Shown here: one piece after another, positions 36,443-48,564 of the stretch
Layout: each line of letters begins with the position of its first letter
How positions within the stretch are numbered: position 1 is the stretch's first letter
Source of the DNA: Basidiobolus meristosporus CBS 931.73
Lineage: Eukaryota; Fungi; Basidiobolomycota
Direction of reading: 5' to 3'
Length of the DNA stretch: 64,000 nt
Assembly: GCA_002104905.1 (NCBI GenBank)
Contig: MCFE01000015.1
Location: forward strand, 62,001-126,000
Notes under the pieces: model-generated
What the model was told of the DNA's origin: nothing
Seen by the model: the letters and a program-made list of their open reading frames with translations, nothing else
The model's database searches: none
Made by a program: the position numbers and the translations under genes

Positions 36443-39400
36443 TACTAGCTGTCACCTTGGTGTCTACTTTGCTTTGGATTCTTTTCTGCTTGTCTGGGAA
36501 AGATTTTCAGCACAATTGCTCTGCTAAAGTTAAAGATGACTACTGCTGCTGAAGGACTATGCTTATGAGAACAATGCTATTGAAAAGGGCTAAGCCTTCA
36601 AAAGATGCTCTCAGTAGCTGCTCAAGTTACTTAAGAGGAAGAGTCTATCAAATAGGTATGGAAATATGTCAAGGAATACAGTGTGATGGTACTTTACCAC
36701 TACTGAAGAAAGTTGAGGATTCCAGTAAATAAGGGTCCAGACCAACAATGCAATATAGGGCTATATGTATTCATGTGACCCCAACTGACTGTTAGAAATG
36801 CTTTTGGATAGGATATTACCCTGAATCACAAGAAAAAAATAGATCACTTTTGATCAATTGCCACAGTAGGGTTTTATCTAAATCTGCTGCCACTTAAAAT
36901 AAGGCAAAGAATGCAAATACTAAAGCTGTTAACTGCCATTATGGACTGCCTATCATTGGAAGTAGATCTTAAAGATAAGCTCCGTAAACTGTAAGGATCC
37001 AATTGATATATAGTACATCAGTATTCATCTGAAGTATGGACATTTACTTCACAATTCATTGGAAGAATGCTATAACTGTATCAAGTGCTTTGATGCTGAG
37101 ACCAATGTATCAGGAGCTAATTATTGATCTGTTAGACATACCATCACTCCGTTTAAGTCGCATTATAGTGGGAAAGGTATTATGCAACTTTTGCAATATT
37201 ACCTGATGGAGATTCTATACCAGTCAAAAGTGTGGAGCAAGTAAATTCTTGGCCAATTGGAGTATTTAACTAAGCATCAGTACGCCAGTATACAACTCTG
37301 AGCCACTGAGAATATAACATGGTACGCTGTATCTGTTATATATATACATATCACCTATTACAGTGAGTTAAAATGCTTGTTGATATTTAATTCTCTGAAT
37401 TAGCACTCAAGAATTGTGAGTGATCAAGTCACTACCAAGCTCTGTAACTCTAAGTACTGATTTAATGGAGTCTATCATCAAAGTACCAACAGGTTCAGCT
37501 CTCAAGTCAGCTTATTTGATCATTTTTTGTCAACTCTATTACAAGCTATGATTGATCTACATAGATGCTGACTTTGATTGCAAAGCTTGGAGAGTGTCAA
37601 ATACTCTTGACAATGATGTCCGGAAGACTTCTGAGCTCAGGCATACCATTTTGCCATCTGTAGCAAAGTCCAAGCCATCCCACAAAAGGAATTTCTCATA
37701 GGTCAATGGCAGATAAAGGGTAATTATAGCCCTTGATTAGGAGAATCCCACTTTTGGAAAAGCTCTAATCACCAATCTACAAGTACTATGTGATACAACA
37801 AAGCAGCTGTATTAGCCCCAATCAGTAGCAGTACTTGAGGAGCAACTACCAAGGAGCCTATGTTATTGTCTGAAACCAAGCTTGGTAAGTCCAGAGGTCA
37901 ATGGACTTTGAATCCACTATGAATGAGGTTTTCAGTCCAAGGAAAGTTATTGCTACTTAACAACAAATATGACCATGCTAGATCAATTGTGAGGATCTGA
38001 GTCACTGAACAAGTGTGGCTCAAGTGGGAGCAGGCCAAGCCAGCTCAGATTTGGGCCAAAACCTTTTATTGGCTATGTCATATGTGCCAAAGTCCCAGGA
38101 AGCAGCGATATTCCAGATCAGGTATAAATGACAAAACCTTAACTTGGCTTAGAATAGAGCACTATATTTCTTAGCTCATATAGGGTCTACATAATAATAG
38201 TAACTGTCCCTACACCTAATATGGACACACAGTGAAGTTGTCTAAATGGATAAGACTCTTGTCTGGAAATAAGGAAACTCCAGATCTGTGACAAATGACA
38301 AAACCCTAGCTTGCCAAAAGTTGGTCAATTTTGCTCAAATATCAAGCATTGGATAGCTCAGAAGCAATACTACAATATTTCAATCTGAGAATCAGGCTCA
38401 ACTCATTATTCAAGCATATTCAACTGATCCAAATCAGTGATTAGTCATTTGATCAGATTATTTTGATTTTTAGGCATGCTAATAAGTAGGTATGCACCTT
38501 GAGTTGTAGGTTACTTCTCAATTAAGTTGTGCACAAATGCATCTACCATTGGATATTTTACTTCTCCAGTATGCAACAAAATTGAATATATACATGTTGA
38601 TACAGATGGCATACTCTCTATATGTATTTATTATTGTGCAAACAGAAAATTCCACCTGCATATTCTCCTAGCTTAGTCACTTAGATCACTACCTACCAGT
38701 TGTAGAGAATACTGACAAGATTCCTGGTCAGGATGTACTTGAAATATTTTATCAAAGTGTCATGACCTAGAACATGAAAAATCATAAAGTTGACCAAGCA
38801 ACCCCAAACTTTGAGCACATATCTTGGACCTTTCTAGCCTATGCTATAAGTCTACTGTGCCAAAACCACATCAAAGTATAAACACTACCTATTCTACATG
38901 TTTGTTATGCTAAGACCTTGAAAAAGTATAAACACTATTGTTACATTCAATATTTCATTAAGTGTAAACCACAAAATCTACTTGTGCTCTCATTCACTGC
39001 TAATAGCTCAAAGACCCTTAAGATAGGCTATAAGCCTCAAGCTCTCACTTTCTGTAATGCTTACTACTGCTACAAGTCTTGGTATAAGAGTTGTAGAGGA
39101 ATAAGGGGTTTAGCTAGTATTGTATTTAATAAAAATTGAACTGATTTTTATTGAGATTCCAGCAGTTTCTTATATACATTTTGCCAGATCAATTGCTGAC
39201 TAATTGTATTTCTTATTATAGGCTGTGGCTGATGACTAATTTGATTGCATCATCATGACCCAATAAGATCCTACTTAATATATCTATTTTCATCTGACTA
39301 GGATCTGCTGATTCATTTGCTAACTGATGCTACTGATTTGATAGATAATACTGATATATTGATAGGCTAAACATATGACTAGTTGATTGGACTAAAAACT

Positions 39401-41792
39401 GATCCAACTTAAACATTCAAGTGGTAGATCATAACATTCTCCCCACTAAAGTTGAGAGGGTTCTCCTGAATCTCTTTTCTTGAGATGCCAATATCATGAT
39501 GGTTCAGTATTATCAGCAGGTTTTGCAAGCTTGAGTCTGTCCTTATACACTAAGTCTTCCTGGATATTGCCTTGTTTGTCCAATAGTTGGTGAGTTGCAA
39601 ATGGACACTCTCTGATGATCTTGAATGGTCCTGTCCATTGTGGCTCAACCTTTGTCCAAGTGTTGTTTCTTAGCAATACAAAGTTCCCAACTGTCAATGC
39701 TTCTGGTGCTACAGTCTTATCAAATCTCTGCTTCATCTTTTCTGCGCTTTGAGATACTTTGGTCTGTGCCTCTTAACATCTTTGTTCCAGCTACTGGTGT
39801 CTACTTGGCTGACTGAGCTCATTATCTACGGCATCTGTAAGCTTTGGTTGTGTGATATCTCCTGGAATCCTTAGTTCACATCCATACACTAAGTAAAATG
39901 GCAATTGTTGGGTGGTGTTGTGTATTCTAGCTCTGCATGCAAAGAGTGAATAGTCTATATACTCATCACATCTACTGACAGCTCCATTTGCATACTTGGT
40001 CAGCATTTTTCCAAATGATCCATTAAACCGCTCAGTAACTCTGTTGGTTCTAGGGTGATATGCCAAGGTTTTCAAGTGTCTGATGTGCTGCATTTCCAAG
40101 TAAGCTTCCAATGTCTTTGCCATAAAGCTTGCTCCTCTATTGGATAGAATCTCTATAGGGTATCCAAGCTTCATAAGGATCTCATGGTAGATGAAACTTG
40201 CAACTTCTTGCTCACTGGATACAGGTACTGCTTTAGCAACTGGCCACTTTGTGGCATGGTCAATTGCTATTAGAATCCAACAGTTGCATATCCTGATAGT
40301 TGGCAGTCTTCTAATAAAGTCAAATCACCATCTTTCAAATGGTCTTACTGGCTCCAAGGGAAAGAGTTTGGCAATTCTTTGTGGCTGGCCTTGGTTGATT
40401 TGACAGTTTGGGTGGGTTTTCACTAGCTTCTTGATATCTTATTTCATTTTGGGCCACCATGCTCTGGCTTTCACAAGGCTATAGGCTCCTTCAATCACAA
40501 GATGACCATATCCATTGTGTAGCTTATGTATTAAATCCAGGCAAGCAACACAAGGGCAAAAGGCAATAGGGCATCCATCAGCAATTTGGTAGAGTGTTTC
40601 ATTCTGTACCACAAATTTGCTGGCTTCATCCCTGATTATCTTCTTGATCTCCTCATCCACCTCATTAGGAATGGCTTGGTCCTCCAAGTACTTTGGTAAT
40701 ATGCTAGGCCAATTTGATTCATGCACCAAGTTAAGTTGTGCAACTTGTCCTAATGTTAATAAGGCATCAGCAACTGTGTTATTTTTCCCAGGGCAATAGA
40801 CAATCTCCAAATCATATTGCTGAATGTATTCACTCCATCCTGTCACTCTTCTAGAGAGCACCTTCTGAGTAAATATATACTTGAGCAAGGCATGGTCAAT
40901 CTTCATGGTGCATTTGATTACATCAATATGGCATCTCCATGTCTTCAAACAGTGTATTATAGCAAGCATATCCTTCTCATTCACTGGATAGTTTTGTTCT
41001 GATGAGTTCAGTTTCTTGGATTCAAAGGCAACTGGGTAGTCCTTTTCCTTGTGCTCTTGGCTCATCACTCTACCAATTCCATGATCTGAAGCATCTGTGC
41101 ACAGAGTAAATTCTTTTCTGAAGTCGGGTATTCTTAAGTTTGGCAGCTTAGCAAGCTCATTCTTGAGCATCTGGAAGGCAGTCTCTCAAGCTATGTCCCA
41201 CTTGTAGGTATTTTCTTTCTTGAGGATATCAGTTAAAGGGGCTGCAATACTTGCAAAGAACTTGACAAATCTCCAATAATTGGAAACCATTTCAAGGAAT
41301 GATCTGAGCTCTGGTATGTTATGGGGTTGCTCCAGGTTCTTGATAACTTCAACCTTCTTAGGGTCTAAGGTTAATCCTGTGCTAGTTACTATGTGTCCCA
41401 TACATTCAACATGTTCCTTGAAGAACTCACACTTGGCTAGCTTGCCATATAGTTAATTCTCTCTTAGCTTCTTCAAGACCTTTTCAATGTGTGCTGTGTG
41501 ATCCTCTTCTGTCTTGCTGTGTGTCTATATGTCATCTAGGTATATTGTCACAAACTTGCCTAAGTACTCCTGGAAGACAGTATACATCAGAGTCATCAAT
41601 GTTGCAGGGGCATTGGTGAGGCCAAAACTCATGACTAAGTACTCATAATGTCCATATCTGGTCCTTAATACTGTCCTAGGGATGTCTTTGGGCTTCACCC
41701 TAATCTGGTTGTATCCTGACATGAGGTCAATTTTGCTGAAAATAGTGGCTCCATTGAGTTAGTCCAAAAGCTCATCAATCTGAGGTATAGGG

Positions 41793-42178
41793 TGTGAGTA
41801 CTCAATGTAGTACCCACTCTTTGCCCAAGAGTTCTCCCAAGAGTTCCCTCCAGAGTCCTACCCGAAGTCCTCCAGTACCCTCCCTATGATTCCCCCATGC
41901 GTCCTCCCCTCCTATCCCTGCCCTTATCTAGTTAGAACACTCACCATAACAGGAAGGTGTTCACACCCCTATTTTATAACACATTGTCTATTGTCTAAGC
42001 CCCCCAAGTGATATATATATCTACCCAATTGAACCAGGAAGAACAACGATTTTTGGACAAAATAAACAGAAGTCTTTATTACCTAGCTACCTTCTATCGG
42101 AAGCTATTCTGAACCAAGTGGTACTGACTTGACCTACAAGCTCTCCCACTCACCAAGTACAGTCAGTAATAACCCACA
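41793..42178 (+). repeat. 5' LTR of element A
   Basis: TGTGAG...CCCACA; TATATATAT at about 42012 and AATAAA at 42061. Confidence 0.96.
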
Positions 42179-42182
42179 TATT

Positions 42183-42196
42183 TGGTGCCGTCTCTG
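42183..42196 (+). promoter_or_regulatory. Primer-binding site of element A, probably tRNA-His
   Basis: TGGTGCCGTCTCTG begins 4 nt after the LTR. It is complementary to a ...AGACGGCACCA 3' end, as in fungal tRNA-His (yeast ...GGAGATGGCACCA). Confidence 0.7.
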
Positions 42197-42219
42197 CGGA
42201 AATAAGCACAAGTGAGGTA

Positions 42220-43092
42220 ATGACTACTACAATCAAACTAAAAACATACAAGGGAAAGAGAGAGAAAGCCCTTGAGTGGTTTGATAAGTTTGAGAGAGTT
42301 GCAGTTGATGCAGGATGGGACAACGATAAGAAAGTAAGAGAGTTTGCAAGACATATGGAAGGGTCAGCATGGCGATGGCATTATGGGTTGGAAGACGCAG
42401 TCAAAGACGACTGGGATGCACTAGAAGAAGCCTACAAGACACGCTTTCTATATGCCGAAGGATACCACTACAAAGCCCTTCTACTGTCCTCGCGGAAGAA
42501 AAGCAGTGAAAGCTATGAAGCCTACACTGAACTGTTTCTCCAACAAGTTCAATGTCTCCCGAAGGACAAAATTGCCAAACGACAGCTCATGAGGTATTAC
42601 ATCATGGGCTTAGACGACAAAATAAGATGTAGGGCGTCCAAAGAACAACAGGGATGTAAAACGTTGCAAGAGTTGGTCGAACAAGTACAAGGGGTCATCT
42701 TGCTATGGGGGCTACCCTATAGTGATACGAATGATCGAAGGACAGGGATCCCCCGTAAGAAAGGAAAAATTGCCTCCCCGAAAGACCGTGAGTTAGAGGA
42801 ATTACGGCGAAAGGTCCAAGAACTCTTGATCAACAATGTCCAGGAAGTCCCCAAAGAAGGTGATAAACTCTGGGAAGCTGTCGTAGATCTAAAGGCCCAG
42901 GTTCAAGTCCTGACCCAACAGATGGAACAACCGCGACGACAGTATCCGTGTTATGTGTGTGGAGAAGTAGGTCACCGGGCCCATGAATGTGAAAAACGGT
43001 ACGGAAGAGAAGCCGTACCGGACACAAAAGAGAAGAAGGCGTCAAAAGACAGAGTCCCTTGCCAGGAGGCCAACGGGACTCAGTCAATCTAA
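42220..43092 (+). CDS. gag: Gag of element A (290 aa, uninterrupted)
   Basis: Retrotransposon-gag-like WFDKFERVA..GW..MEGSAWRW..W..LEEAY and a CCHC knuckle CYVCGEVGHRAHEC. Confidence 0.92.
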   Translation: MTTTIKLKTYKGKREKALEWFDKFERVAVDAGWDNDKKVREFARHMEGSAWRWHYGLEDAVKDDWDALEEAYKTRFLYAEGYHYKALLLSSRKKSSESYEAYTELFLQQVQCLPKDKIAKRQLMRYYIMGLDDKIRCRASKEQQGCKTLQELVEQVQGVILLWGLPYSDTNDRRTGIPRKKGKIASPKDRELEELRRKVQELLINNVQEVPKEGDKLWEAVVDLKAQVQVLTQQMEQPRRQYPCYVCGEVGHRAHECEKRYGREAVPDTKEKKASKDRVPCQEANGTQSI

Positions 43093-46000
43093 GCCCTCCG
43101 GTCAGGACAATCAAAGTGCGGAAGAAGAAGCGTCAACATGATGCTTCTAGAGAGGAGGCAAAGGAACCTGTAGTAGAGGTTCCGTCAAAAGGAAAGAGCG
43201 CGGAATTAGGTGAAGAAGTACGGAATGAACCTTGGGAAGAAGTGTTAAAGCAAACGAAGAACGCTAGCACGTCTTCCCATGGCCTATTTGCCATAATGAA
43301 GGTACTAGAGCAAACCAAGGCAACCCTCCCAATAACCAATTTACTGAGACTGGCCCTGGCTCTAGTCAAGGAACTGATAGAGGGATTGAAGGAGATAACA
43401 ACCCTCCATGTCAACCAGACGGTCCTGCAAAAACCGAATAAAGGTACATAGGTAAAGGTACGTATAGAGAATAAGGAGATTCTCGCCCTTATCGACACAG
43501 GATCCTCTACGTTGATCATGTCAGAGTCATTAGCAAAACATCTAAAACTAAATATAGTCACCAACGACACCATTCGAGTACGGCTAGCAAATGACCAACT
43601 GGATACAACGGTAGGTGTGGTGCCTAATTGCCCCATTTGGCTAGGCAACTTGATAATACGCCAAGATGTCGTGGTCCTACCTGTCGCAGCCAACGACTTA
43701 CTCATTGGCGAGAGTTGGTTTATCCAACATAAGATGGATATACTTTACAGTGCATCTGAACTCAGGTGGGATACCGAGAGTATCCCACTGATTCATATCA
43801 CCAATGAGAGCGAGGCGCGTAGCAACAGTGTGACGATTGAAGAGGTGAAACCGTCGCAGTCTCCAATCATCACACGAAAGGTGATAAAAATACCACCCGC
43901 CAGTGAGACGGTGATCTCATTAGAAACACCAATAGCTTATTCAACAAGCGGAAGAATGATAACCGCAGCGAAAGCATCCAAGCAACTGGAAGGAATCTTG
44001 ATCCCTAAAGTATGGATACCACCGAAATTTGAAACGCAAAGCCTGAAATGCTTAGTGGTTAACAACGGGCGACACACGGTGACATTGCCCAGAGGAGTGC
44101 CATTGTTAAACTTAGAGGAAGTCAACGGAAATGACCAAGGACCACCTCCAAACAAAGAACCAGAAGAAGAACTCCCCAAACTAGATGTGGACCCCGGTCT
44201 ACCGCCTACGTTACAAGACAAATTCCTAGAAGGAATACGTCCGCTTGCCCGAGTATTCTCTAAGAACCAAGTAATTGGTCATATACCTGGGGTATATCAC
44301 CAAATCCACCTTGCCGACAAATACCCCATCAAGCAAAAAGCCAATAGGAATTTGAAAATTGACACAGACTATATCAAAGAGACGATTGAAACTTTATTAA
44401 AAGACGACATCATTACAGAGAGCCAGTCTCCGTGGGCCTCCCCCGTAGTGATAGTCCCAAAGAAAGACAGAAAGCGACGCTTTTGCATCAACTACCGGAA
44501 ATTGAACGCCATCACCCGGAAGGACGTGTATCCGCTACCGCAAATAGACGACCTCTTGGACAGATTAATTGGAGCTAAATATTTTAGCTCTCTTGACTTA
44601 ATCTCCGGGTATTGGCAAGTAGAAGTAGCCCTGGAAGATCGACCCAAAACCGCTTTTATAATATTGTTTGGATTATACAAATGGAACCGACTACCCTTTG
44701 GCTTGTGCAATGCCCCCACTACGTTCCAAAGGATGATTGACAAGGTGCTAGGAAATCTACAATGGGAATGCGCCCTCGTGTATCTGGACAACATCACGAT
44801 ATATTCCCCCGATGTAGAAGAACATATACATGACGTGCAACGTATCCTGACATCCCTCCTTGAGAACCAACTCAAACTACATCCCAAGAAGTGCCATTTC
44901 CTGTATACAAAATTGTTGTTCCTGGGCCACGAGATCTTGGCAGATGGAATATACCCATCTACGTCACTCCTGAAAGCCGTTCAAAATGCACCTGCACCAA
45001 AGCACATTAATGCAGTGTTGGGATTCCTAGGATTAGCCGGCTACTATAGCCGCTTTGTCAAAAACTTTGCGACGATAGCAGCCCCCCTATACAAATTGAC
45101 ACAAAAGGGCCAGTGTTTTGTATGGTCGGAGCCTCAAAAGAGAGCATTTGATCAGCTGAAACATTCCCTGACGTCACCGCCAGTGTTACGATTTCCCAAT
45201 TGGGATGCAAGATTTTTTATTAACTGTGATGGAAGCCTCACCGGTATAGGCACCGTACTGGGACAATACCACCAACCCGGCAAATTCCACCCGATTGGTT
45301 ACGTGAGCTGTTCGCTAAACAAACACAAACGCCACTACCCCGTTACCGAGATAGAATGTCTGGCTGTTGTTTATTCAATTAAACAATTCCATACATACAT
45401 ACATGGTCGCCAATTCACAATAGTAACGGACCACAGCGCACTGGTCTGGCTGATGAAAACTAAAGACTTTACCGGCCGACTAGCACGTTGGGCCCTACGA
45501 CTACAGCAATACGACTTTGAAATAATTCACCGCGCTGGCAAGAAACACCAGGACGCAGACTTCCTCAGTTGCTATCCCGTTTGCCAAATACGTGTCAGTG
45601 ATGAGTACAAGGACGTAATCTGCTTTAAAAAGAAAGGGAGGTATCCCAAACACGTTGTTACAAACAAACAGAAGAGAGAATTTTGAAGGAAATGGCGTCA
45701 GTACAAAGTACAAGAAAATTGACTATGGTTCCTCCAAGGACAGTCCAGAGCCAAGGTACCCCCACTAGCAGCCCGTGAAGAAATCACACGAGAAAGACAT
45801 ATGTCATTAGGACACGCTAAACCCCTAACAACATATAAGATGTTAAGAAAAACGTTTTATTGGCAAAAAATGATGACCGACGTTACAAATACGTTACAAA
45901 GATGCACCACTTGCAAAAGATTCAACCGGAGTCAGAAGATAGGGACAACCGCACCAATACTGGTTGACCTGCCCTTCCACCAAGTAGGGATCAACTTTGT

Positions 46001-46835
46001 TGGCCCCTTTATGAAAACAAAGAAAGGAGAACAATACATAATAATCGCCACCAATTATTTCTCAAAGTGGGTAGAAGCCCAAGCCGTCCGCAATAAAGAT
46101 CAGAAGACAACCGCCCAATTCATTCTAGAACACCTCATCTGCCAACACGGATATCCTCAGATACTCCTGTCCGACAATGGTGGTTCCTTCCTGAACGACA
46201 CCGTGGCCCACCTGTGCGAAATGATGGGCGTGAAACAAGTCTTCACGGCCGCGTATCACCCCCAGACTAACGGATTAACCGAGAGGATGAACCAGACGTG
46301 TTGCCGCATACTGGAGAAGCTTCACTGGGAACTTCCCCAATCATGGGCCGAGCTGCTCCCACTGACACTCCTAGCAATGCGCACCACACCAAATAAAACG
46401 ACGGGTTTCTCCCCATATGAAATCCTATATGGACGAAGACCCAAGTGGCGGGAGGAAGCTGGATTGACAATGGAAGGTGTCCCCCTGACGACACATAACG
46501 ACTATATAGAAAGGTTGATACATCGTATCGCCCACCTATACATAAAAGTATTCGAAAATGTTGACAAGCACCTTCCCCCTCCACCCAAAAATGAGAAACT
46601 AACAAGACAAAAGTGGAAACCAGGCAATAAGGTGTGGTACAACCAAACCATTGCAGGCCTCAAGTTCTGCCCACGATTTACACCCCAATGGATTGGCCCA
46701 TGCACCGTTATCAGTTCGGACCACGGACCAAAGTACACCATCACCCTGAATAATAAGACAATCAGCAATGTAGCGCCAGCCCATCTGAAACCGTTTCATG
46801 ATGATCCACCGATCATCACTGAGACCGAAGTGTGA
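42993..46835 (+). pseudogene. pol: Pol of element A (-1 frame to gag): protease, dUTPase-like insert, RT, RNase H, integrase; three in-frame stops, no frameshifts
   Basis: One frame throughout: IDTGSST, SPWASP, YPLPQID, YLDN, HHCC zinc motif, integrase core SDNGGSF/NGLTERMN. Stops at 43449, 45684 and 45720. Confidence 0.93.
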
Positions 46836-46940
46836 TTAAACAATTATCAGGACAAGGATAGAGGAAGACACGGGATACATTCGAAGTTTATTAGAGGAGA
46901 TTTTAGTTGATATAGGTACAAATAATATGCGCGAGGGAGT

Positions 46941-48134
46941 TTGCCCAAAAGGGAGAACAAAAGAATGCATATGGAAAGCGCCAAAGGAAACAGTTCACCC
47001 AAAACTGGCGATACCCCTCCCACTAGCAAGAACCAAGATGATATCAAAAACAAAACCGACCTGCAAGTGTTAAGAAATATGGTACAAGCGTTACGTACGA
47101 CAAGAGCCACCTATGAAGAGTCGTTTGCCGGAGCAGTCACGCTAATACAAGACACGATCAGAGAGGGACAAGACAAGTTACCCACACCAATACAAAGCAT
47201 GGAGATACTACCCAAGAAGACCGTGTACCACCTAAGAGGAGGTTCCTTGATCATTAAGGAGAAGGACGCCACGCTGATTCCCGTATCCATACTGGACACA
47301 GTCAGACAGAAAACACAAGTAATCAACTGTCGCGCCCTCACGAGACCTCGAGAGCCCCCCTGTTTTGTTGCATACTTGCCATTAATAGGTACCACGGTTG
47401 TTGAGGTATATGCAGACCTGGTATGAGCTGCAAGAGCACCAGAAGTAGAACTCCCGATCGAAGGACTCCTCCAAGAAATTCGCAAACATCTCAAACCACA
47501 TTTCCAAGAAGGAACCATCTTAGAGAAGATACGCAAACGGATTAAATACACCGGCCAGTTAACCCATGCGATCCACCAAGTTGCTGTGTTACAACTATTA
47601 CAGTGGTTTACCATAGGACAACTCAGGAATCAGTACGAAGTCCAACTCCAAGAAGCCAAAGAAACCACCGCGGATTCTGTAGAAACCATGAGGCAAGTAT
47701 GAAAGCGCCTCAATCACGCCACAGTTTCTACGGAAGAACTACAATACGTCTTGGAAGAAGCAAAAACTCGTTATCGACAACGGGTGACTGCTGACCGAGT
47801 GTACACCCTCTTCAAAAGGTCCCCCGCCATCATATTGAACACAAAAAGGACAAGCCCCAATAACGTTTGCAAGATAAAGAAGCAAGACTTTATCGCGTTA
47901 TTGCACCTTTTCTCGTTCTCCGACCCTCCCGAGGAACTTACCCAGAACCCTATGGTTCGCCAACTATTTGGCTCTGTGGAAAACATCCCTCGAGCAACAC
48001 AGGCCACACCCCACTCTGCCACCAAATGGTATCAGGTACTCGCCCGCAATCCCCTTGCAAGTGACAACCAGCAATGGTACTACGGTGACTCCCCATGCTC
48101 CGTAAACAAAATTGATCCTGGAGAAGCGAGTTAG
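46941..48134 (+). pseudogene. Third ORF of element A (about 390-397 codons, function unknown), broken by two TGA
   Basis: ORFs 46941-47426 and 47751-48134 and the segment between them share one frame. The only stops are GTA-TGA at 47424 and 47700. Confidence 0.8.
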
Positions 48135-48178
48135 TCAAAGAACTTTGAGGACAAAGCTCCCACTTAACCCCCGGGATA

Positions 48179-48564
48179 TGTGAGTACCCAATGTAGTACC
48201 CACTCTTTGCCCAAGAGTTCTCCCAAGAGTTCCCTCCAGAGTCCTACCCAAAGTCCTCCAGTACCCTCCCTATGATTCCCCCGCGCGTCCTCCCCTCCTA
48301 TCCCTGCCCTTATCTAGTTAGAACACTTACCATAACAGGAAGGTGTTCACACCCCTATTTTATAACACATTGTCTATTGTCTAAGCCCCCCAAGTGATAT
48401 ATATATCTACCCAATTGAACCAGGAAGAACAACAATTTTTGGACGAAATAAACAGAAGTCTTTATTACCTTGCTACCTTCTATTGGAAGCTATTCTGAAC
48501 CAAGTGGTACTGACTTGACCTACAAGCTCTCCCACTCACCAAGTACAGTCAGTAATAACCCACA
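48179..48564 (+). repeat. 3' LTR of element A
   Basis: Direct repeat of 41793-42178. Confidence 0.96.

Larger units (their letters stand above)
41793..48564 (+). mobile_element. Young Ty3/gypsy element A, 6772 bp, structurally complete, three ORFs
   Basis: 386-bp TG..CA LTRs (41793-42178, 48179-48564) with 9 substitutions by manual alignment. Perfect 5-bp TSD TAGGG (41788-41792 / 48565-48569). CpG is retained. Confidence 0.97.

Noticed and set aside
42993-43092. Canonical -1 slippery heptamer in the gag/pol overlap
   Set aside because: The overlap exists, but I found no in-frame X XXY YYZ site; the mechanism is left unassigned.
43133-47614. Antisense ORFs within element A (for example 43133-43705, 47111-47614)
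   Set aside because: Shadow frames of pol and ORF3 with no independent motifs.
46941-48134. ORF3 as an env gene or a chromodomain
   Set aside because: No signal peptide, transmembrane helix or furin/fusion pattern, and no chromodomain YxVKW motif after the integrase.
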